Shown: piece after piece, positions 13,329 through 23,675 of the stretch
Numbering within the stretch: the stretch's first letter is position 1
Layout: every line of letters starts with the position of its first letter
Assembly: GCF_036321535.1 (NCBI RefSeq)
Contig: NC_087436.1
Span: 115,322,001 to 115,386,000 of the forward strand
Reading direction: 5' to 3'
Origin: Camelus dromedarius
Taxonomy: Eukaryota
DNA: 64,000 nucleotides
Translations under genes and position numbers: made by a program
Notes under the pieces: model-generated
Told to the model about the DNA's origin: nothing
The model's input: only the letters and a program-made list of their open reading frames with translations
Database searches by the model: none

Positions 13329-13904
13329 TGTAGTATAAGCCCTGACAAGATTTTTGTTGTTGTTTTGGGTCATTTGCTTGTTTGTTTGTCTTTAATAATG
13401 CTAATGCCTGATTTCAGCTTTCACTGTCCAGGCATCTATTTCAAAGAAGCGTCAGCTTCAAAGACTGCGCTATCTCGAATAACACATTGCCAGCCTCCCC
13501 CCTCCAAGGCTCCTTTGTTTTAGAGATCTTGGTTAATTTTAATTACTGATAATTTGGCAACTTTTTTTCCCCCTCTTCTCTTGCTGTGAATTCCTACTCT
13601 TATGTTTTAAATTTGCCAATGAAAAGGGAGCCCATGAAACCCTGGGCCCCCACCCTTGACCCCAATAAAAGCAGAACCCCAGGCCTGTGCCCTCTTCTCT
13701 TTCTCTGTCTCTGTCTCTCCCTCTCTGCCTGTGACTTTACTGTGTGGTCCCAGGTGTGCTCTGTAATTTCCAGGTCTTCTAAGTAATAAATCTTTATTTT
13801 TTTCACAATTTCCTGATGGTTACTGCTGAAGAGCATCTTGCAGTCATAACAAGAACTACAAGGGCTGGTCTCACCACAGTGCTGAATATTGATAGGACAA
13901 GACA
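13329..13904 (+). mobile_element. ERV1-class solo LTR inserted into a MIR
   Basis: TG...CA ends with near-matching 4-bp flanks (ggag/gggg). Contains caataaaagc followed by a CT-rich tract and an AATAAA at about 13785. A MIR core lies immediately to the left. Confidence 0.7.
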
Positions 13905-13921
13905 GGGGAAATACCCATGGC

Positions 13922-14193
13922 CAGGGGTGATGTCCAAATTATTAATGAGTAGCGCAGTAGAGGCCCTGACTACCTAGAAAGGACGCCGGCTACAGCGCTG
14001 GTGCGGGTAACTGGAGCCCCAGCTGGGCAGGTGCACCTTCTCATTTGCTGCATCGTGGGGAGCCCTGAGAGCGCTGACATGGTTGACCAGGAAAAAAAAC
14101 CACAGGACACTTAGGAAGTAGCCATTTATGATTTGTAATGGAAACATTTCAATATTTTAACAACCAGTAGGTCTACCCTTGTGAGCATGCCTG
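13922..14193. mobile_element. Probable non-autonomous hAT DNA transposon (MITE)
   Basis: Begins caggggtgatgtccaaat and ends cctg. The internal atattttaacaaccag motif resembles ancient hAT MITEs. Confidence 0.45.
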
Positions 14194-14569
14194 ACCACCG
14201 GTCCTATTTTATAATGTTTTTGTGCAAACTGCATGAGCAAACACACTTGAAGCATTTTACATTGTGTTTGTCCCTTAGTAAGAATTTGATAAATAATAAG
14301 AGTAGTGTTGGTAAGGTGGATAAATTCTGCTATCGTAATTCACTTTAAGGAGACTATCATGAAACAAATGTTTTAGAGTATAGGGAAGAAAACATGACGA
14401 AACGGTGGAGAAGGATTTTTAGAAACAACTCATTTGGCTTTTCCTACAACAAGTTCTTGAAGTTTAGTCCATCCACCAGCGACTGGATCCAAGTGAGGCT
14501 ACACCACCACGTGGACTTGCCTGCTGTGACCCAAGATCTAAACCAAGCTAAACACACACTTGTGAGAAA

Positions 14570-15120
14570 TTAACCCTTGAGGGAAATGTCACAGAACGTT
14601 GTTGAAATACTCAATTTTACCAAGATATGACATCTTTTTCCTGGATTGATAATGCATTTGGAACAGTTCCAATAAAACCTCCATATGCTTTGGCGCCTGA
14701 TTTATCAAGTGAATTTAAAATTTATATTAAAAATCAAGGTTCAAATTAGCTATGATAACTCTAGAGGAGAGGAGAGAACACAGGAAAAGTAGACCTGCAT
14801 TATGAAACACAGTTTGAAAGCCGTACTGTTTAAGGCAGTGTGATATCTGCAAAGTGGTAGATACACAAGGAGAGGTACAGAGCCTAGAAATGGGAACTCA
14901 AGCATTTACGGGAATTTGAAACCTGCTAGAAATACCTGTGGGGAAAGGACAGACTGTCATTTATTTAACATACAGTATTAGGGTAGCTGTGCTTTTCCGT
15001 ATGAAATAATAACCTAATCAACTCACGTTACACACTAAAATAAATTAGATATGGCTTAATCACACACACACTCCTCTATACACATATTAGAAAAAATACA
15101 GAACATCTTTAAAAGAATAG
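14570..15120 (+). mobile_element. Old L1 ORF2 C-terminal fragment
   Basis: Degenerate L1 ORF2 signatures (cagttccaataaaacc...aaaatttatattaaaa...gtggggaaaggacagact). Confidence 0.65.
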
Positions 15121-15124
15121 AAAA

Positions 15125-15520
15125 AGGAAGGACTTATTAAGACAGACAGCGGAGACACCTTTGAGCATCACAGGCCAGGAGTATCCAGTGTCCCTGTTGG
15201 GGGGTGGGGCACATGAAATGATTACTGGGCCAACCCAGGGCTGCGTGGGTGCAGAGGGACTGTGTTCTGGACACATCCTCACACCAGCCTTGGGAACCAC
15301 ACTGCCCCCACAATCAGGAAGAATGGCCTCTTCCTTCCGAAATATCCCTCTAGCATGCTCTACCAGGAAAGCGTAACATTGTGCGCGACGTTTTTCACTG
15401 TAGAGCGCCCTCTACAGTCAAAGCTTTCGTAGTAAAGGAGAAACGCTTAAAACAATTTCCTGCAGTTTTCGAGGGGTACGTTCAGAACTGAGGGGCAAGA
15501 GATCAAAAAGTGGAATAGAG
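15125..15520 (-). mobile_element. Old MaLR LTR (MLT1M/N/O-like)
   Basis: Antisense MLT1 features: ccctctagcatgctctac...aaagcgtaacattgtg...aaaggagaaacgcttaaa...agaactgaggggcaa. Confidence 0.55.
15397..15418 (-). promoter_or_regulatory. Candidate CTCF site embedded in a 9-bp inverted repeat
   Basis: Minus strand actgtagagggcgc matches 12 of 14 positions of the core CCASYAGRKGGCRS. Several CpGs are retained locally. Confidence 0.5.
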
Positions 15521-15524
15521 TTTA

Positions 15525-15950
15525 GTAAGCTCTCAGGTCTGCATGTTGGTATTTTAGTCTGGGCTCAGTTTGCTGGTTTTTTTCTGGTCTAATGTGGGCT
15601 TGCTCCCCTATTTGTAGTTTGGGCTAGTTTTGGGACGATCTAAGACGAACTTGACTATGGTTGTCAGGTTGCCTCCACGTGACTCATTTTCCAGCAGGCT
15701 CACTAAAGTCCATCCTCAAGGTGATCATAAAGAGCAAGAAAGAAAGCAGATATATACTGAGTGTTGAGTTTAGCTTGAAATTGGCACATCACCATTTCTA
15801 ATGCATTCCATTAGCCAAAGCAAGGCCACAAGCCCAGCCCAGATTCAAAGGGTAGGGAAATAGACTCCCCCTTTTATGACAAGAACTATAAGGTGAAAAA
15901 AAGGCACAGACAGAGGAAGATTGAAGCACTGATCCAACCAGTCTGCCACA
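15525..15950 (-). mobile_element. MaLR LTR (MLT1H/I-like)
   Basis: cattccattagccaaagcaag...cccagcccagattcaaagggtagggaaatagactcc...ccaca is a classic antisense MLT1 end. Confidence 0.8.
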
Positions 15951-16239
15951 TCATTATCGCTTTATTATGCACATCTGTAAATACATTCCAGGATCTGAAG
16001 TCTGCATGTTCTGTTGGTCCCACTGTTTCTTAAACATTTCCTTCGTCAAGTGCCTGGACACCACGGACTAAGTACTAAGCATTCCTCCTGAAAAAAAAAT
16101 GGGGCTTTTCATGAAGCTGGGGTAAACATGCCCTCCTCCAGACTCTCTGTGTTTGCTATCATGAGGTGCCTGGGGAAATGCCACCACTTGGAGACCACTA
16201 CAAACAGAGGCCATGACAGATGTTTCCAGACACACCCAG

Positions 16240-16880
16240 ATAATGGACACGAGATACTCATGCAATATACACAAAGGCTAATGGGTGGACTCAACTTCTC
16301 GGAAACAATCATTTTTGTCTTCATTTCCTTTTCCCCCCTTACTTTGTTCAGCATCATGGCAGCCACATCTACAGTAGCTTGAATTTACATTAGGATTTTT
16401 AAAATTCCAGTTTACCTTTATCCTGTGGGTGAAGCCTTTTGGAATCCCAGGAAGGTTGTTTCCTATGTTTTTTGCATCCTGTCTACGGCACAACCTCAGG
16501 GGACACAGTTTACACTGTAGTGTGTTGGCATACCCTCTCCCACCTTGGAGTTGTGCTGTATACAACCTGTGTGGTTGTACCTGCTGGAAGTGTTCTCAGT
16601 TTAATATGGGAAAAGCGACTACAAGATTGTCCTTGTTGAGTAGTCATTGTGCCTGGAATTCTGTCCTCATCACTCCAGTAAATCATACAACCTCAGTTCA
16701 AGCATGTGGTCTTTATAATCACCCTAATGTATGTTTGATGTCCAGAAGTTTGGCTACCTCCCTGGCTTCAATCAATTTTCCAAAATTCTGTCTGGCAGTT
16801 TTTGCATTATCTTTTCAGCTCTTCCAAACCTTTATGGTAATTAACAAATGTTTACTTTGGTATATTTGATTGTATTTAGC
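16240..16880 (-). mobile_element. Possible decayed hAT transposase coding fragment
   Basis: The minus-strand translation gives ARQNFGKLIEAREVAKLLDIK. Further downstream, with frameshifts, it gives LKIL..ATVDVA..AEQS..KEMKT..EKLS..LA(F)VYI, which resembles the hAT C-terminal dimerisation region. Confidence 0.4.
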
Positions 16881-18529
16881 AGAAAAGTCAATGAGGTTAT
16901 ATGAATAGCCTCACCTACAGCCTTTTGGACCATGTTTCTGTAAGATCATTTTTGAAAGCTGTATGAGGATGATAGGAGACCAAGGATGAGAACAAAGGGA
17001 CAGCAGAACCTTTTCAAATAATTCAGGCAGTAGTCTGGACCAAGGTAGCAAGGATACAGATGGTGAGAAGTGATTTCTTACTGAGACAAGATCAGTAAAA
17101 TGCTTCTGCGACTTCTGCATATCTCAGTGAGTATCTGAATGATGACTTCTGGACCTTCACGTTTGCAGACCAGAACTGCAGTTTGATCCACGCCACCAGA
17201 TGCAAGATAAATTCTTTGTGGTGCACTCAGGCATCTCTGAATACAAATTGCTTTCAATATCAGGTGTGATTAATGTTGTGTCTATAGGTTTCAAAGTGTT
17301 ATTTACAGGGAGAGAAATGATGGATGCAATAATGTATTTTATTCCATAATCTTAAATCATCAGGGTTGTAATGTAATCAGTCTAATTTGATTGGCAAATA
17401 TGTAGTTATAAGTAAATCAGTCCAGTGGATTTGGTTTTCCTTTTTTCTTTCTTTCTGAAAATTATGTATTCAAATAATATGTTCTTCTCTTCACTCTAAA
17501 TATTAATAATCATAACTCATCTCTAGTATTTATTTTACATATTTACAAACATGCTTTCATAATACTCTGAGATAGAGATTTCTGATTACTGCTTCTGCCA
17601 CTGCAAATACTGGCACTTTTTCCAGCAAGACCCATGCTTACCTGTTGTGCTAACTCTAGTTCCAGAATCGAGCTGAAATTGATTGATGTTGAACGGTTAA
17701 CACATTACGTAAGCGGTTTCATTTAGTGGGGGGGATACTTTTGTGCATTTGGGATTAAAACATAACCAATTTTGTATTTTGCCTTTCATCATTTATTACA
17801 CAAATCGTCTGAATTACTGTGTCATAAGCGTGTTCTGAAGATGCTATATCTTTTGTCATTATTAAATTAAGTAAAAGAAAACCATTGCTTAGAGTTAATG
17901 TACCAGTTACCCCTTATTGGGATAACAGGAAATGCAGTCTTTGAGTGACCTACGTGACTTCACAGCTAATTTATTCCGGGCTGGGCTGAGACTCCTAATA
18001 GCCTAAGCTGCCTTGCTACTGGGTCAAACCACAGAGAATGTGTAGCAGAGCAGATTCAGACGTGGCTAGAGGTGACATAAAAACGTATCTCAGTGAAGAC
18101 AGTTAATAAGCCAAAGAAGCCAAAGGGGCTTGCTTATCCACCTTCTGAAAATCTAACTCATCAATTTAGAAACATTTTCTCCTTTATATTTCTTCTTATT
18201 TTTACAACATATATTGCAAAATCTTGAAGTTCACTATTTTAAGCTGAATTATGGGTCATCATAAATACGTTTTTCCTTTTACATTGTTTCTAAAATAATT
18301 TTTAAAATAAAAAATTCTAAATGTCCATGAAAGAGTATGAGTAAATAAAACACAATGTATTCATGTGAGAGAACACTATATATAAGTTAAATGTAATACA
18401 TTAATTAATAAGTATTCCTTTGACATCAACATTGAAAGGATTCCAAAACTAAAGTTGAATTCAAAAGCATAAAATTTGATGAATCATAATCATAAAAATT
18501 TATGAATTTAAATATACACAAAGCTATAT

Positions 18530-18720
18530 GTACAGCCAGTATTTACTGAGTGCTTAATATGTGTGTTCATCATAGGAATTCATATATTGATAATTCTCAT
18601 GATATCCTTATATCCTTCAAGTAGGTAGTATGATTTACCTACTTCATAAATAAGACAAACAGATTCAGAGGATAGGAAATATTTCCAAGTTCCCACAGCT
18701 GGAATAAAAATGAGTCCTGT
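18530..18720 (-). mobile_element. MIR SINE
   Basis: atttactgagtgcttaatatgtg...aaacagattcagagg...ccaagttcccacagct. Confidence 0.7.
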
Positions 18721-19909
18721 TATGCACTCTTCCAATATTCTGCAAACACCAAGTTGGTCATAAGTGTGTGTGCGTGTGGGCACATGCATAAATTTCAGAT
18801 GCACATGTAAATTACAACATTTTAATGAATACCTTTGGTTAAGGGACAGGAAAATCAGGCTGGAACTAGTAATCTAAAGAGACTGTGATGCAAATTCTAA
18901 TGTTTTAGTTGATCTCTTAAAACTGAAAAAGAAAGAAAATATTGTAGAATATTAACACTGGATGACTAACATTATAAAAAAATGTATTCAATGTACCTTC
19001 CTAAATGATTAATACAATTTGTACTCTTACACACACAAGCTATGAATAAGAGCATAAAATATAGTACAGATCAACATTTTTCTTTCTATAGGTACATGAC
19101 ACAAATTCCCAACACAGGAGCTAATTAATAGTCTATATTTTATAAGCATTTATATCCAAGCACTGGTATTGACCTTTTATTTCCTTGGGACAGTTTGACA
19201 ATAAATGCAGACTTACAAAACATCAACATATTGCCAGCTGAGCAAAACAAAAGGCATTTGTTTGCCTGGATGGAGATAAACAAAAGAACTCTTAATTTTT
19301 CTTTATGCAAATGCATGCGTTGAGAAAAAGAGAAGCCCTCCCATGCACATAGCTAGTGGATCGGGACACTCACCCACACATCTGTTACAGTGATCTAAAT
19401 CAAGCCGCTGCAACATTCCTATTGTTTTTTAACACGCTGTGAGCAGTTTTCTCAGTAAGATCAAGTTAGAGCAGCTGGTTATACCCAAGGAATTCAACCT
19501 ATCCAATCTCCCATTTACTGAACTGTATCCTTGGTGTCATTGGAGAATTAAGGATGCATAAAGCATAACTCATATTTTTGGAGCTAATAATTGATTAGAA
19601 GACTCTTCTCAGCACATGCATAATTGTAAATTAGCCTATTATGGTAACAGAAGTTGTTATAAAATTACCCTGGGACTGCAGATGAGAAAGCAAATCATTT
19701 TAACTAGGAAGATTGGAAAAAGACCTTGCAGATGTTCCACTGGAACTGCTCAGAGTGATGGAGAAGGTGAGAAATTTCTAGGCAGAGGGAATCTCTATAC
19801 AAATATTTTTATTGCATTTTAATTCCCATTATGGTTAGTAATTGGTAAGAGTCATTTAATAACTACATTGCACCACACATCCGCATACATTACTTACCAG
19901 CAAGCTCAT

Positions 19910-20130
19910 AGTTACTGGCTAATATTTATTGAATGGTTATTACATGACATCAACTAAGAATTTTTTATACCTTAGTTTTTTAATCCCCAAATGAACACTA
20001 CCAGATATGTGTTATTACAGCCATTTTACAAAAGAGGAAATGAGGCTCAAAAATATTAAGTGACCAAACTGACTAAAAGTGACACGTCTGGTTTTCAAAC
20101 CCAGGTTTGCTGATTTGAGGACTGTGCTCT
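19910..20130 (-). mobile_element. MIR SINE
   Basis: ccattttacaaaagaggaaatgaggctcaaaaatattaagtgac...ttcaaacccagg. Confidence 0.8.
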
Positions 20131-20324
20131 CCTGAGATGAACTCTGCCATCTGAACGAGGAGACAAGTACGTGACAGACAGAATCCTCCCACTCAAGGAC
20201 AGTCTAGTTCTGGAGAATCTAGTTCACAATGTTGGTAAGATGTGGGAGATACAGCTCCCAAAGCAGGAGAATATTTCTATAGCAATAATTTTCAAAAACA
20301 CCTGACTTAGAAGGAATGAAGCAA

Positions 20325-20430
20325 AGAAGGAGGGAAGGAGGGAAGGAAGAAAGGGATGAAGGAAGGGAAAAAGGAAGAACGAGAACGAGAGAAAGAAAGA
20401 AAAGAAAGAAAGAAAGAAGGAAGGAAGAAA
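20325..20430. repeat. Polypurine (GGAA/GAAA)n low-complexity tract
   Basis: Directly visible. Confidence 0.9.
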
Positions 20431-20479
20431 GGGCTTGATTCCCATTGGGAATTTTGTTGCGAATGCCCCACTGATCCTT

Positions 20480-21420
20480 CAACATCTGTGTTTCTCAGAC
20501 TGAACTGGCTGAATCCTTCTTCATGATGCTTAAAGGGGACTGTCATCCATGTTGTCACATGTGCCAAAACCTGAAAGACGTTCTTGCCTTTTTCCTCTGC
20601 TCATTACCCACATCCATTTGCTGCCCAAATGGTATCAGTTTTATTTTCTAAATATGCATTAAATCAGCCCCGTCTGCTTCATTCCCACCGACCTGAGCCC
20701 CATCAAGCCCAGGTCATGGCTTGTCCATGGCCTCCTTATAACAAGACGTCCGCCCCTTCACACTTCGTTCTCTCTTCTGTCATCGACACTCCTGCCAGAG
20801 CTGTCTTGCTAAAAGAAACCTGATTCTCTCTTTTGCGGTTAAATCCTTGAGTCCTTATTAATGACATCATGCAAAATCCTTGACTACCAGCCCTTGGGCT
20901 GCCTTACAGCACGACAAAGAAGGTGCAGGATTCCAGAATCAGGTTTCAAGAGCGTCAGTCCCGCAAGTGCTCCCACCTCTGAGTTGATGGTAATGGTGCC
21001 TGCCTAACAGGAATGTTGTACGGATGAAATGAGTTAGTACATGTAAAGCGCTTAGATTGGTGCAGCAATCACTAGTAAGTGTTTGCTGTCGTGCTTTATC
21101 TCACACACAAATCCACTTGCTTGCATGTTACTTTAGGTCGTTGGGCCCAGGCATACAAAACCCTTTCCCTGACATGTTTTTACCCTTTTTTATCTCACAA
21201 ATTCTTAGTCTTTAGTAACTTGTGCCAATATTCTTTATGCTGCGATGCCCTCCTTGTTTCCTCTAGACAAAATCAATAGTTTCCTTCCCAGTCTTCCCAT
21301 AGCACTTTGTTAAGATGGTGATTATAGCATTTACAACAACTGCAATGTAAGCCTTTGTTAAGTGTCAGCCAATCGCACCAAGCTCCCTCCAGATTGGAAC
21401 TCGGGTTTTACTCTGTTTTG
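20480..21420 (+). mobile_element. L2 fragments interrupted by a MIR (about 20930-21090)
   Basis: L2 motifs (gccaaaacctg, cccatagcactttgtt) flank a MIR tail (gttgtacggatgaaatgagttagtacatgtaaagcgcttaga). Confidence 0.65.
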
Positions 21421-21492
21421 TTTCTGAGCAGCAAATCTAGGGCTGAGAGAAGAGTGACATGATCACAAATTTAAAAAGAAAGAAAGAAAAAC

Positions 21493-21493
21493 A

Positions 21494-21571
<78 letters not shown>
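21493..21571. repeat. Compound microsatellite (AAAG)n(CAAG)n
   Basis: About 12 AAAG units followed by about 7 CAAG units. Confidence 0.95.
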
Positions 21572-23004
21572 TTCTGGCAGGAGGAGAAATGTATGAATGG
21601 AAAAGGTGAAGCTAGATGCAATATAACTGGTTAGGAGATTATTCATATGATAGATGCTGAAGACAATGGTAATGAAACTCAATTCCCACAGACTTCGGGG
21701 GTTGCACTGAAAACATATGAAGGTAATGGAGGCTGACATCTGTTTTTAAATACAGTGCCTCACTGGGGGTATAAGGAGGGATAACTTGGCTTTGTGCTGT
21801 TGTCAGTTTTCTCCACCCCCCCCTTCCTCCCACTTCTTCTTCCTGGATCCATAGGTCGACACCTGCTGTCTCTATATACTCGAAATATTTAGAGCATAAG
21901 GATGGCATAATCACAATGATGACTTTGAAAGTATAGATCAATATATAAAATGTGGCATAAGTTATTGAAAAGAGGTTAAGGCAGAATTCCTGCTTGCCTG
22001 TCCTAATGTCAATGTTTATTAGCTGTGTGACTCTTTGGTCTCCTCACCACCACATGAGCTTGTATAATTACTATCATAAGATGCAAATGATGAACACGTG
22101 CAGATCCATTTTGAAAATTATAAGAAGCTCTACAAATGGGAGGTATCACTTTCCTTATTACCAGAGTGTTGTAACAGGTTTCTACATAATGAGTTTAATT
22201 TTGTCTTGCTTCTAGGGAGTGTGCTACTTACATGGAGATTGCGTTTATTTAATCTGGTTGAGGTTTCTAGGGAATCATTCAAACTTTAACAATATTTGCC
22301 AAAACTTAATAACTTGATTTGTTACAAAGTGCTTTTTTATTGAGCATATGCAGGGAACATATTTGCATTTGAAGGAAGTATGTTTATATATCGTATTTTA
22401 AAAATTCATTATAAAAAGAAATCAAATAGCCAGAGCCATTTCTTCATGTTACTTTTGGCTGTTTATCTTCTGACAGACTAGCAAAGTCAATAGCCTTGTC
22501 AAATCGAGTTAAACCTTGGCGGCACCCAGCCATTGCTCCATTGGGTGGAGGGCATGGAACATCCTTTTAATAGTGCATGAAGAAGGGTAGAAAGGGCTTA
22601 CAATAAAGTGTTTTTTTGTATGTTATTTTTTGACACATTGTTAAAGCATGCTTCTTTCACATCCTTTGTATGGAACTTTCTGACATCTCTCCCAATCTGA
22701 AATAGCGTGTCGTGACCTTAGATTAAATACCAGCAGATGATTAATTAAGACAAGGGACCAGGACTACTGTAACCTGTGACAAAATAGTTACCAAGTAACT
22801 TTAAATGTCCTTTGCTAAGCTAACCTATATAGATACTTCGAAGACAGCATACTCAGCAATTACTAGATGGTTCAAGCAAACTCCTAACATTTAAACCTCC
22901 TTTTGAAATCTATGTATCAATATATATTGCAAAATAAAGATCCATAAGATAAATATATTTAACAGCAATAATATTATAATTATTATTATTACCATGATAA
23001 TATT

Positions 23005-23470
23005 ATGAACAGTGAAACATCTGAATCCCCAGCCACCATTTCATGGATGCCAGTAGAAGACGTGAGATGCCTATTTCAGAGGTGAAGGAAGATTTATTAC
23101 GGATGGCAACAGCAGTAGTCAGAGTATTAGCAATTTTGTACCTCTTCCCTGAGACCCAGTTCCTATAAGGTGATGTGAAGAGGCCAGATAACACCTGCAC
23201 ATACATTAAGTTACATTACAAGGGAGAAATTCTGAGCTTACAGAAAGCACGCCTGTCCATTGTTACGGATGGAGACACTATGACTATTTTTCAAAACTGC
23301 ATGCAGACAAGTCCTTTGTTCTGGAGAGAACACTCTTTCTATCTTCCAAGATGTTCACTGTACTAAACATCCTTAAAAAGACAGTCTGGGGAAAAAGGAA
23401 CCGTTAATGTCTTACTTTCAGGTCTGGCAGAAACATCTGGATACCTTGAGCTCTAGGGGCTAATCTTGCC
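23005..23470 (-). mobile_element. Old ERV solo LTR (family not assigned)
   Basis: Antisense LTR layout with a minus-strand AATAAA (tttatt at about 23093), about 90 nt from the left end. About 460 bp long and flanked by a MIR. Confidence 0.55.
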
Positions 23471-23479
23471 AGGACTGAA

Positions 23480-23675
23480 TATCACCTCTGCCAGTTAGTT
23501 ACTTCACAGTCTTAGGCAATTTACTTCTCACAGTTGTCTAAGTTTCCTCCCCTGTAAATGGGGACAATAACCCTCCCTGTCATAAAGAACTATGGTGAAG
23601 ATTAAATGAGTTAATATGTGAAAGACCTTTAGAACTGGGTATACACTGTAAGCACTAAAGACGTATTCCCTATTA
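23480..23675 (+). mobile_element. MIR SINE
   Basis: agtttcctcccctgtaaatggggacaata...gaagattaaatgagttaatatgtgaaag. Confidence 0.85.

Noticed and set aside
16050..16075. Partial REST/NRSE motif (caccacggac)
   Set aside because: Only the central 10 nt match. Both flanks diverge from TTCAGCACCACGGACAGCGCC.
16429..16869. Longest ORF (146 aa, + strand) as a gene
   Set aside because: It has a GTG start, no recognisable domain and no exon context. It is better explained by chance or as the antisense of a transposase relic.
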